A stretch of DNA of 32,085 nt, from contig CAXTOI010000001.1 in NCBI GenBank assembly GCA_964245645.1, forward strand, positions 5,903 through 37,987, in the 5' to 3' direction. Position numbers and translations under genes: made by a program. Shown piece after piece: positions 1 to 8,097 of this stretch. How positions within the stretch are numbered: the stretch's first letter is position 1; every line of letters begins with the position of its first letter. The notes beneath the pieces are model-generated. The model searched no databases. It saw only the letters and a program-made list of their open reading frames with translations, and had not been told where the DNA came from. Source of the DNA: an uncultured Novosphingobium sp. (GTDB lineage: Bacteria; Pseudomonadota; Alphaproteobacteria; Sphingomonadales; Sphingomonadaceae).

Positions 1-98
1 CGTCACGGTATCTCGTTATGCAAGCCGCAGCCGCGATAACCCCCTGATATGAGCCAATTGGCCGGTTTTTACCAAAACTATTTGCCAGCTTTTGCCGA

Positions 99-776
99 TC
101 AATCGTCAATAAAAACAATGCGATTGATGAACTCGATGGATTGTTTTACTTCTTCTTCGTTGAACGGGTTGTTGAACGTCAGATATTGATATTCCGCAGC
201 GACGGCAAACGGGGTCGCCGCCAGAGTGATAATCGCAAATCTGAGACGCGCAGGCTCTACCTTTCGGACTTTGCCGTCTTGCTGTCCGGCAATGATCAAT
301 GCGCACAGATCCTTATAACGCTTGTTCAGATAGGTTTCGCATAGCCAGATGAGCCGCGTGGTCAGTTGTTGGCCTTCGAGCATCACTAATCGCTGCAAGG
401 CGGGGGTTTCGGCAAAGCGCCCGACGAGAGCGGCGATGGTCATCCGCAGTTGGTCGGATGCCGTGGCCGCAGGTGCAGTAGCGCGAATGGTAGCCGTGAC
501 CGAATCAGGACCGAAAAGTTTGTGAATGACTTCCTTCCAGAGATTATCCTTGGATTCGAAATGATAGAGGAGCAGCGGCAAGGAGACGTGCGCCGCAGCG
601 GCGATCTCGCCCGCCGATACCCCATCGAAGCCGCGTGTCGAAAACTCGGCGATCGCAGCCGCCAGAACGCGCGCCCTGATCTCGGCCGGCTGGCGCCGCC
701 GCTTTTTGGCTGGAGTCGCGGCGCCCGTCGCATTGTCTGTGCTTGCGGTTGCGTGGACCCTGTCTGAATCACGCAT
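99..776 (-). CDS. TetR/AcrR family transcriptional regulator
   Basis: N-terminal HTH 'RVLAAAIAEFSTRGFDGVSAGEIAAAAHVSLPLLLYHFESKDNLW'. Start placed at ATG 776, which has a GGAGAAG RBS upstream; the ORF track extends to 872. Confidence 0.93.
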   Translation of the reverse strand: MRDSDRVHATASTDNATGAATPAKKRRRQPAEIRARVLAAAIAEFSTRGFDGVSAGEIAAAAHVSLPLLLYHFESKDNLWKEVIHKLFGPDSVTATIRATAPAATASDQLRMTIAALVGRFAETPALQRLVMLEGQQLTTRLIWLCETYLNKRYKDLCALIIAGQQDGKVRKVEPARLRFAIITLAATPFAVAAEYQYLTFNNPFNEEEVKQSIEFINRIVFIDD

Positions 777-936
777 GGTCAAGACTTCTCCAGGAGCGAT
801 CAACGCGTTGATTGCCGCTACTGCTCCTTGCCAGTCTGTTCGAATCCCGCAAGCGGCAATCCGATCATCCATTTCGTTCAGAGCATAGTGGTCGGGCGTC
901 GATTCGCACCGATCGCGCGCTATTTTCCATTTGATA

Positions 937-945
937 AGTTATTTA
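937..945. promoter_or_regulatory. Putative operator half-site AGTTATTTA in the tetR/SDR divergent region
   Basis: Matches the TTRTTTA motif found in several other intergenic regions of the window. Confidence 0.35.
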
Positions 946-1038
946 CCGTAAGTCACAGCGGTCCATCGGCCGATCAGCATCAGTTGCGCGAATGAGCCGA
1001 AGCTGTCGATTTATCAATCACATCGAAGGGCGAGTCTC

Positions 1039-1824
1039 ATGAGTCAGGATCTGCTTGGGCATAGCGCTTTGGTTACCGGCGGCACTGCCGGCGTGGGGCA
1101 CGGTATCGCCACCGTGCTGATCCGGTCGGGCGCCAAAGTCGCAATTGTCGCCCGGCGCCAGGAACTGCTGGATGCAGTCGTGGCTGAACTATGCCGCGAG
1201 TTTGGAGCAGACTGCGCGATTGGCATCGCCGCCGACGTCAGCAAAGCGGAAGATCTCAACCATGCGGTGGCGACAACCGTCAGTCGGTTCGGCAACATAG
1301 ACATCCTCGTCAACAATGCAGGACGCCCCGCCCATCGTCCCTTCGCGGAAAATGACGATCAGGAGTGGCAGGAAGACTTCGATCTCAAGGTCATGGCGGC
1401 CGTGCGATTGGCGCGTCTCGTTCATCCCATCATGAAAAAAGCGGGACGTGGCCGCATCATCAACATACTCAGCCTCGGCGCGAAGTTCTTTCCGGAAAAC
1501 TCCACGCCAACGTCAGTGACCCGCGCCGGCGGGCTCGCGCTGGTAAAAGTGCTGTCCAAGGAATTTGCCAAGGACAATGTGCTCGTCAACGCGGTGCTGC
1601 TCGGCTTCGTGAAATCCGATCAATGGGAGCGACGGTGGAAGGAGCAAGGGGAAGTTGGCACGGTGGACGACCTCTATGCGAAACTGGCGGAAAGAATTCC
1701 GTTGGGACGGGTTGCCGACCCGCTGGAAGTGGGCGAACTCGTCGCCTTCCTGGCGTCCGACCGCGCAAGCTACATCAACGGTGCCGCCATAGCCTGCGAT
1801 GGTGGGTTATCCCCGGGCGCTTGA
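1039..1824 (+). CDS. SDR family oxidoreductase, atypical active site (BKR-like subgroup)
   Basis: TGGTAGVG Rossmann motif and NNAG are present; YxxxK is replaced by T-SVT-R; C-terminal 'ASYINGAAIACDGG'. Confidence 0.92.
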   Translation: MSQDLLGHSALVTGGTAGVGHGIATVLIRSGAKVAIVARRQELLDAVVAELCREFGADCAIGIAADVSKAEDLNHAVATTVSRFGNIDILVNNAGRPAHRPFAENDDQEWQEDFDLKVMAAVRLARLVHPIMKKAGRGRIINILSLGAKFFPENSTPTSVTRAGGLALVKVLSKEFAKDNVLVNAVLLGFVKSDQWERRWKEQGEVGTVDDLYAKLAERIPLGRVADPLEVGELVAFLASDRASYINGAAIACDGGLSPGA

Positions 1825-1908
1825 CCCCGGCCACCTGGCCACCTGGGTAAAATCGGGCTGGCATGGTCGACGCGCGATTGGTCACAGCTGCCAACCAGTC
1901 GGGCAGGA

Positions 1909-3570
1909 TCAGACCGCAAGGCCGGCGATATGGCGAGCGGCGATATAGCCGAATGTCATCGCTGGGCCGATGCTCGATCCGCCCGTAGGATAGGCGCCAC
2001 GAAAAACGGAGTTCGAATTTATGCCGGCGGCGTATAGTCCGGGAATGACTTTATCGTCGCTGTCGAGCACTTGCGCATTTTCGTTGGTTTCGAGCCCGCA
2101 CATCGAACCGAGGTCGCCCGTGCGAATCCGGATCGCATAGTAAGGCCCATCGCCGATCGGGGCCAAAGCGGGATTGGGAAACTTGGTGCCGCCACCGAGG
2201 CGCGCAGAATAGATGTCGTCTCCGCGTTTGAATTCGGGATCGCGTCCTTCCCGGGCAAAGCCGTCGAATGCCTTCACCGTCGCGACAAGATTATCAGCAT
2301 CGATGCCCAGCCTGTCAGCGAGATCCGCAATGCTACTTCCGCGGACCAGGTAGCCGGATCGCAGATGCGACCCAAGCGGCATCGGCGCCGGGCGCACAAG
2401 CCCCAAGCCGGTACTGCGCACAAAGCTATGGCCGGCAATGATATAGGCTTCCTTGATCCCCTGCACGTGCATCGTATTGCAGAACAGCTGATAATTCGAT
2501 CCTTCGTTGACGAACCGGCGCCCCGTTTCATCGACCGTCAAGGTCCCGGGGCTATGCCTGTCGAGCGCCAGATGCGGGAAGTGCGTTTCTGTTCCGTCCT
2601 TGGCCGTGGCCGTCGACATCGGCACCCAGCAGCCGTTATGAACGTTCTGCGTCACGAACACCGCGCCAACATCGACGCCCAGCTTGATGCCGTCGCCTTC
2701 GTTGCCGGCCGGCACCAGTGTCGGGCCGAGATGGTTTTTGGGGAAATATTGCGCGCGCATGCTGGCGTTGACGCCGAATCCACCACTGGCGAGTATGACT
2801 GCTTTCCTGGCAGTAATGGTTTCCCGCTTGCCCTGCCGGTCAATGACAACGCCTGTAACCCGGTCGTTTTCAACGTTCAGCGAGACAACGGGCGCATTGT
2901 TGAAAAGCTCGATATTACGGTCGATCGCCGATTTTAGCAGGCTCCCGGCCAGGGCGTTGCCCATGCAAAGGCGCGTGCCGCGGCCATAGCGAATGGTCTG
3001 CGCGAGATGCCGGGCAAACAGGCCGGTTGCAACTTTGAACGACGCAAAGGATCGGAACATCGAAAGTAGCACTCCGATTTCCTGGGTCCGGATCTGCATG
3101 CCACCGAACAGCCCGAGCTGGGGCAAGGAACGCCTGAGCAGCTTCAGATTCTTGCCCAATTTCGTGCCGTCATAGGCGGCTGCGAAAACCTGCCTGCCGA
3201 TGACCGTTCCATCCCGCCAGGGCTCATAGTCAGGCGTGGTCAAACCAGTGAATTTTACGTCGGTATGTTCTTCCATGTAGGTCAGCATTTTTGGCGCGTT
3301 ATCGATGTAAGTGTCGGTTTTACGAGCGTTATACATGTTGCCCATGATGTCGCGATAATAAGTCCGGGCCTGTTCGGGGCTGTCCGTGAGCCCCATGGCC
3401 TTCATGAGATGATTGCCCGGAATATTTGCCCCACCCCCGGAATAGGCAGTCGTGCCTCCAAAAACCTCGGTCTTCTCGACGACACACACCGATAATCCTG
3501 CGTCGGCGGCAACGATGGCCGACGTCATTCCGGCGGCGCCAGAACCCACTACCACAACGTCGAATTCCAT
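1909..3570 (-). CDS. FAD-dependent oxidoreductase, FAD_binding_2 / 3-ketosteroid-delta1-dehydrogenase-like
   Basis: Motifs 'DVVVVGSGAAG', 'EKTEVFGGTTAYSGG', 'LASGGF', 'RFVNE' and 'YPTGGSSIGPAMTFGYIAARH'. ATG 3570 has a GGAGAGG RBS; the ORF track start at 3618 is probably an over-extension. Confidence 0.9.
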   Translation of the reverse strand: MEFDVVVVGSGAAGMTSAIVAADAGLSVCVVEKTEVFGGTTAYSGGGANIPGNHLMKAMGLTDSPEQARTYYRDIMGNMYNARKTDTYIDNAPKMLTYMEEHTDVKFTGLTTPDYEPWRDGTVIGRQVFAAAYDGTKLGKNLKLLRRSLPQLGLFGGMQIRTQEIGVLLSMFRSFASFKVATGLFARHLAQTIRYGRGTRLCMGNALAGSLLKSAIDRNIELFNNAPVVSLNVENDRVTGVVIDRQGKRETITARKAVILASGGFGVNASMRAQYFPKNHLGPTLVPAGNEGDGIKLGVDVGAVFVTQNVHNGCWVPMSTATAKDGTETHFPHLALDRHSPGTLTVDETGRRFVNEGSNYQLFCNTMHVQGIKEAYIIAGHSFVRSTGLGLVRPAPMPLGSHLRSGYLVRGSSIADLADRLGIDADNLVATVKAFDGFAREGRDPEFKRGDDIYSARLGGGTKFPNPALAPIGDGPYYAIRIRTGDLGSMCGLETNENAQVLDSDDKVIPGLYAAGINSNSVFRGAYPTGGSSIGPAMTFGYIAARHIAGLAV

Positions 3571-3810
3571 TGTCAGCCTCTCCGTTCCTGCAGCACCTGC
3601 ACCGCGCTGGATGATCAATCAACTAGCTCGTCATCGAATACGAGGTCACTCGCTCGAATGTCCGCTTCAGTGCCGATCGACAGGGGTATGTTCCGATTTC
3701 CTCGGTCTTCAAGTGCGCGCGACCTCCAGCAGGTCTCGATACGCTCGTGTACTGTCGTCGGCGCCTGTGAAACTTTCACCGCCAACGACAGATATCGAAC
3801 CCCCCCCGCA

Positions 3811-3838
3811 TTGACCTTTGCAAATGCTTGTTTAAAAG
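3811..3838 (+). promoter_or_regulatory. Possible sigma70 promoter (TTGACC-N16-TAAAAG) overlapped by the operator-like GCTTGTTTA
   Basis: TTGACC at 3811-3816, TAAAAG at 3833-3838 and GCTTGTTTA at 3826-3834, in the divergent intergenic region. Confidence 0.35.
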
Positions 3839-3956
3839 ATGCACATCATTGACGCAACAAGTTTAAACGGTGGCTTGCAGGATAGTCGGAGACAACGCCG
3901 CGGCGGTGCAATCAGGACCGACGGCGATTTCCTGAGGGACGCCGTGACGTAGCGGT

Positions 3957-5558
3957 TTGGAAAATCATACGGGATGGGACGGCGTGGCGGGTAAACAGAT
4001 AACGGCTTTGCTTATGGCTTGCAGTGTATTTCTGGGCGGCGTCATGCTGCTCGGAAATCATCCCGCAAGTACTGCAAGCGCGACCGACCCTGCCGATCAC
4101 CGCCCCGATTTCTGGGTGGAGCAAGTGGCGGCCAGCCTGAAGCATCCCTGGTCGATGCTATGGCTTCCCGCCGGCGACATGCTCATCACCGAGCGAAATG
4201 GAGGACTTCGGCTGTTGCATCACGGCAAGCTCGACCCTGCGCCTGTCGTGGGGGTGCCGGCCAGCTTCCAGAATGTGTTCAACGGGCTCCACGATGTCCA
4301 GCTCGACCCGGACTACGCGACCAACCACCTGATTTATTTATCCTATGCCGAAGGCACCTTTGACGAGCATTGCGCCATTGTCTGGAAAGCCCGATTTGAC
4401 GGCAAATCGCTTGTCGATGGCAAAGTCATCTTCAAATCAAATTTTCCGATTGGCGGGATTGCCGGCGTTGTCACCCGCATGCTCTTTCTCCCTGACAAAA
4501 CATTGCTCATCGGTGTTCCGGACGACCATTTCCACCGCCATATGGTGCAGCGACTGGATGTGGATCTTGGCAAAATCGTCCGCATCAATCGGGATGGGTC
4601 GATCCCGGCGGATAATCCTTTCATCGGCCAAAAGGGGGCACGGCCCGAGATATTCTCGCTGGGCCATCGCACGACCCTGGGTCTTTACCAAGATCCGGCG
4701 GATGGTCGAATCTGGGAGGTGGAAGCCGGACCGATGGGCGGCGACGAGCTTAACGTCATCAAACGCGGGGCCAATTATGGATGGCCGCTCGCGACCTGGG
4801 GTTTCGATTACAGCGGCACCCAGATGTCCGACAAGCGTGACCTTCCCGGCATGGAATCTCCACTCGCAATCTGGTCGCCGTCGGTCACACCTTCCGGCAT
4901 CACGCGTTATCGAGGTTCGGCTTATCCTCAATGGCAGGGCGATTTTTTCGTCGGCAATCTTACCGCCAAACTGCTGCGCCGCCTGAGAATTAAAAATGAC
5001 AAGATCGTTCTGCAGGAGTCGCTGCTGACCGAATTGAACGAAAGGATCAGGGACGTCAAAGTCGGCCCGGACGGGCTGCTGTATGTTCTGACCGACAATG
5101 ATGATGGCCGGCTGCTGCGGCTTCGTCCCGGCCAGCCCGTCGGGGCGCAAGCGGCGCTCGAAGCGCGAGCGTTCAAGGTAAGCGGCGTGCTTCCCTCCGC
5201 AGTTGGCCCCGAAGGACCAATCGTCGCCGAGTTTATTCCTGGCGACCCGGTAAAGGGAAGGCAGATTTTCATGGATCGTTGCGCTGGCTGCCACAGCGTC
5301 AGCAAGGACGTCGAAGGTGGGGCTATTGGTCCCGATCTGCGTGGCGTCATCGGCCGCGTGTCGGGCTCGGTGCCCAATTTCAACTACTCTGCGGCGATGG
5401 GCAATCACCAGACCCGTTGGGATCACATCACCTTGAATCTGTTCATAGCCAATCCCCAAGGCTACTTCCCCGGGACGGCCATGGGCGCAGAGCCGGTAAC
5501 TGACGCCCAGCAGCGACGCGATATTGTCGGTTATCTTCGTAGCCAGCGTGCCCCTTGA
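3957..5558 (+). CDS. Secreted PQQ-dependent sugar dehydrogenase-family (GSDH) beta-propeller fused to a C-terminal class I cytochrome c
   Basis: Hydrophobic signal peptide; GSDH motifs 'HPWSMLWLP', 'GKIVRINRDGSIPADNPF', 'GGDELNVIKRGANYGWP' and 'RIRDVKVGPDG'; heme motif CAGCH at 5280-5294 with 'GPDL' and distal Met 'PGTAM'. Start uncertain (TTG 3957 or GTG 3984). Confidence 0.9.
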   Translation: MENHTGWDGVAGKQITALLMACSVFLGGVMLLGNHPASTASATDPADHRPDFWVEQVAASLKHPWSMLWLPAGDMLITERNGGLRLLHHGKLDPAPVVGVPASFQNVFNGLHDVQLDPDYATNHLIYLSYAEGTFDEHCAIVWKARFDGKSLVDGKVIFKSNFPIGGIAGVVTRMLFLPDKTLLIGVPDDHFHRHMVQRLDVDLGKIVRINRDGSIPADNPFIGQKGARPEIFSLGHRTTLGLYQDPADGRIWEVEAGPMGGDELNVIKRGANYGWPLATWGFDYSGTQMSDKRDLPGMESPLAIWSPSVTPSGITRYRGSAYPQWQGDFFVGNLTAKLLRRLRIKNDKIVLQESLLTELNERIRDVKVGPDGLLYVLTDNDDGRLLRLRPGQPVGAQAALEARAFKVSGVLPSAVGPEGPIVAEFIPGDPVKGRQIFMDRCAGCHSVSKDVEGGAIGPDLRGVIGRVSGSVPNFNYSAAMGNHQTRWDHITLNLFIANPQGYFPGTAMGAEPVTDAQQRRDIVGYLRSQRAP

Positions 5559-5785
5559 GACACTTTGTCAAAATTAATTAATCATTGACTTAATTGCGGT
5601 TGAGCGGCAACAATTTGGCCCAGCAAGTCGGATTGGTTCGGGGTATGGCTCACACCACACGCCTCGCGCGCCGGTCGTCGCGGCTAACTGGCGGAAAGAT
5701 GTTGCGACCCCAATCACGATCCAGGCGGCCCTGGCCGGACTTGATCGACTGGATCGCAAGGGCGAAGATGGACTGAGAAACACTT

Positions 5786-6526
5786 ATGAACAGATATGAA
5801 GGTCGGGTCGCCATCGTCACTGGCGCGGGAAGCGGCATTGGCGCAGCAACAGCGCAGCGGCTCGCCAGCGAAGGTGCGAAGGTCTTTTTTGCCGACCTGG
5901 ACGGCCAGGCCGCCACGGCGAAGGCGGCAGAGGCGGGTTCGGATTGCGTCGGGGTCCAGGTGGATATCGGCGATCCTGATTCCGTGCTGGCGCTGCATCG
6001 GGTGGTGCTTGAGCGGGCGGGAAAGCTCGACATCCTGATCAACGCTGCCGGAACAATCTCGGTCAAGCCGTGGGACGAACTGACGATCGAGGATTGGCGC
6101 CGCACGATGCGCGTCAACCTCGACGGTACTTTCCTGATGTGCAAGGCTTCCACCGATCTGATGCGCGAAGGGGGCTACGGGCGCGTCGTCAACATTGCGT
6201 CCGATACGCTGTACATGGGGCCACCGCGAATGGCCGCCTACGTTGCATCGAAGGGCGGTGTCCTGGCGTTTACGAGTGCGCTGGCGACCGAAATGGGCGC
6301 CTATGGGATCACGGCCAATTGCGTTTGTCCGGGGCTGACCGACACCGCCGGCATCCAGAGCGGTCCGCTTAAAGAGGCTTTCGACGTAGTAAGCGGCCGC
6401 CAGGCGATCAAAGGCCGGGCTGGCCCGGACGATATCGTGCCGTCCATCGTGTTCCTGGCTTCAGAGGAAGCGCATTGGGTGACCGGCCAATCGTTGCTGG
6501 CCAACGCAGGTCTGGTGCGGAATTAA
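5786..6526 (+). CDS. Classical SDR oxidoreductase, pyridoxal 4-dehydrogenase-like
   Basis: TGAGSGIG, NAAG and YVASK. The segment 'MAAYVASKGGVLAFTSALATEMG' and the C-terminus 'WVTGQSLLANAGLVRN' resemble rhizobial pyridoxal 4-dehydrogenase as I recall it. Confidence 0.9.
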   Translation: MNRYEGRVAIVTGAGSGIGAATAQRLASEGAKVFFADLDGQAATAKAAEAGSDCVGVQVDIGDPDSVLALHRVVLERAGKLDILINAAGTISVKPWDELTIEDWRRTMRVNLDGTFLMCKASTDLMREGGYGRVVNIASDTLYMGPPRMAAYVASKGGVLAFTSALATEMGAYGITANCVCPGLTDTAGIQSGPLKEAFDVVSGRQAIKGRAGPDDIVPSIVFLASEEAHWVTGQSLLANAGLVRN

Positions 6527-6628
6527 ACCGGCGAGGTGCTGGACGGGCGTATTTCACAAACGCGAGCCGCTTTGACTGCGCGGCATAACCAGAATTTGGT
6601 GCCCATTTTTAGCTTGTCGAGGTAACGC

Positions 6629-8059
6629 ATGGTCGAGAGTCAACGCTTCAGACTGCTGATAAACGGCGAGATGGTCGACGGCGGCCAGGAGATGGATGTC
6701 ATTAATCCAGCCACGGGCGCGGTGTGTGCCCGTGCGCCCCGGGCGTCGCTTGCGCAGATGAACCAAGCGGTGGTTGCGGCCAAAGCCGCTCAACGCCTGT
6801 GGGGCGCCACGCCGCTGGATGAGCGTAAGCAGGCCATGCGCAATGTGGCGCAGATCATCGCCGCCAATATCCCCGAGCTGGCGAATTTGCTGACGCGCGA
6901 ACAGGGCGGACCGCTTGCCGATGCGACCGGTCAAATCTTCCGCACGGCCAAATTATTCGAATTTTTCACGACCATGGAGCTTCCGGTCAAGGTGCTGGAA
7001 GACAGCGCTGCGCGGCACGTCGAGTCGCACCGTCGCCCACTGGGCGTCGTCGTGGCGATCGTTCCCTGGAATGTGCCGATCGGGTTGCTGGTGACGAAGC
7101 TGGCGCCGGCTTTGCTGACCGGCAACAGCGTGGTCGTGAAGACCGCTCCATCGACCCCGCTGACGGCGCTGCGAATAGGCGAACTGATCAAGGATGCACT
7201 GCCCGCCGGCGTCCTCAACATCATAGCCGACGCCAATGATCTCGGCGATGCCCTGTGTCGGCATCCGGATGTCGCCAAGATCGCCTTTACGGGTTCGACG
7301 GCCACCGGACGGCGCGTGATGGCCAGTGCGGCGGAGACGATCAAGCGCGTCACGCTGGAGTTGGGCGGTAATGACGCGGCGATCGTGCTCGAAGACGCCG
7401 ATGTCGCTGCGATCGCGCCGAAGATCTTCAACGTGGCGTTCCACAACGCCGGCCAGGTATGCATGGCGATTAAGCGGCTTTATGTGCATGAAAGCCTCTA
7501 TGAGGATATGTGCGCCACGCTCACCCGCATGGCCGATGCGACGATCGTCGGCGATGGCATGGAGGAGAGTACGCAGATCGGGCCATTGCAGAACAATGCG
7601 CAGTTCGAGCGGGTCAAGGCGTTGATCGAAGAAGCCCGGACCGAGGGAAAGATTACCACTGTCGACCCATATACCACATCGGGCGGTTATTTCATCCGCC
7701 CGACCATAATCCGCGACATTGCGGAGGGGACTCGCCTGGTCGATGAGGAACAGTTCGGCCCGGTTCTTCCGATTATCCGCTATACCGATATCGAGGATGT
7801 GCTGGAACTTGCCAACGCAACCAGCTTCGGCCTCGGCGCATCGATCTGGTCTTCTGACCTGAACCGGGCACGCGAACTCGCCCTGCGTCTTGAAGCCGGG
7901 ACGGTCTGGGTGAACACCCATTTCGATATGGGGCCGCACATTCCCTATGGCGGGGCGAAGCAATCCGGTCTGGGAATAGAGCTCAGCAGCGACTGCCTGC
8001 ATGAGTATACGCAGTTAACCGTCGTTACCGCGTCGCTCGCTGCGCCGACAACACACTGA
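6629..8059 (+). CDS. Aldehyde dehydrogenase family protein
   Basis: PWN, FTGST, LELGGNDAAIV (catalytic Glu), GQVC (catalytic Cys), EEQFGP, PYGGAKQSG. Confidence 0.96.
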   Translation: MVESQRFRLLINGEMVDGGQEMDVINPATGAVCARAPRASLAQMNQAVVAAKAAQRLWGATPLDERKQAMRNVAQIIAANIPELANLLTREQGGPLADATGQIFRTAKLFEFFTTMELPVKVLEDSAARHVESHRRPLGVVVAIVPWNVPIGLLVTKLAPALLTGNSVVVKTAPSTPLTALRIGELIKDALPAGVLNIIADANDLGDALCRHPDVAKIAFTGSTATGRRVMASAAETIKRVTLELGGNDAAIVLEDADVAAIAPKIFNVAFHNAGQVCMAIKRLYVHESLYEDMCATLTRMADATIVGDGMEESTQIGPLQNNAQFERVKALIEEARTEGKITTVDPYTTSGGYFIRPTIIRDIAEGTRLVDEEQFGPVLPIIRYTDIEDVLELANATSFGLGASIWSSDLNRARELALRLEAGTVWVNTHFDMGPHIPYGGAKQSGLGIELSSDCLHEYTQLTVVTASLAAPTTH

Positions 8060-8070
8060 TAAATCGACAA

Positions 8071-8085
8071 ATTATTTGAAATAAT
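8071..8085. promoter_or_regulatory. AT-rich palindrome ATTATTT-G-AAATAAT upstream of the OYE gene
   Basis: Perfect 7-bp inverted repeat in a 38-bp intergenic gap just before the RBS. Confidence 0.3.
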
Positions 8086-8097
8086 GGGGAGCGGCCG

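Noticed and set aside
1829-1846. Short tandem repeat GGCCACCT x2 between convergent genes
   Set aside because: Only two units, not seen elsewhere, and no stem plus U-tract to support a terminator.
3800-3807. C8 homopolymer as a phase-variation switch
   Set aside because: It is short, lies outside the putative -35/-10 spacer and outside any CDS, and is unremarkable in GC-rich DNA.
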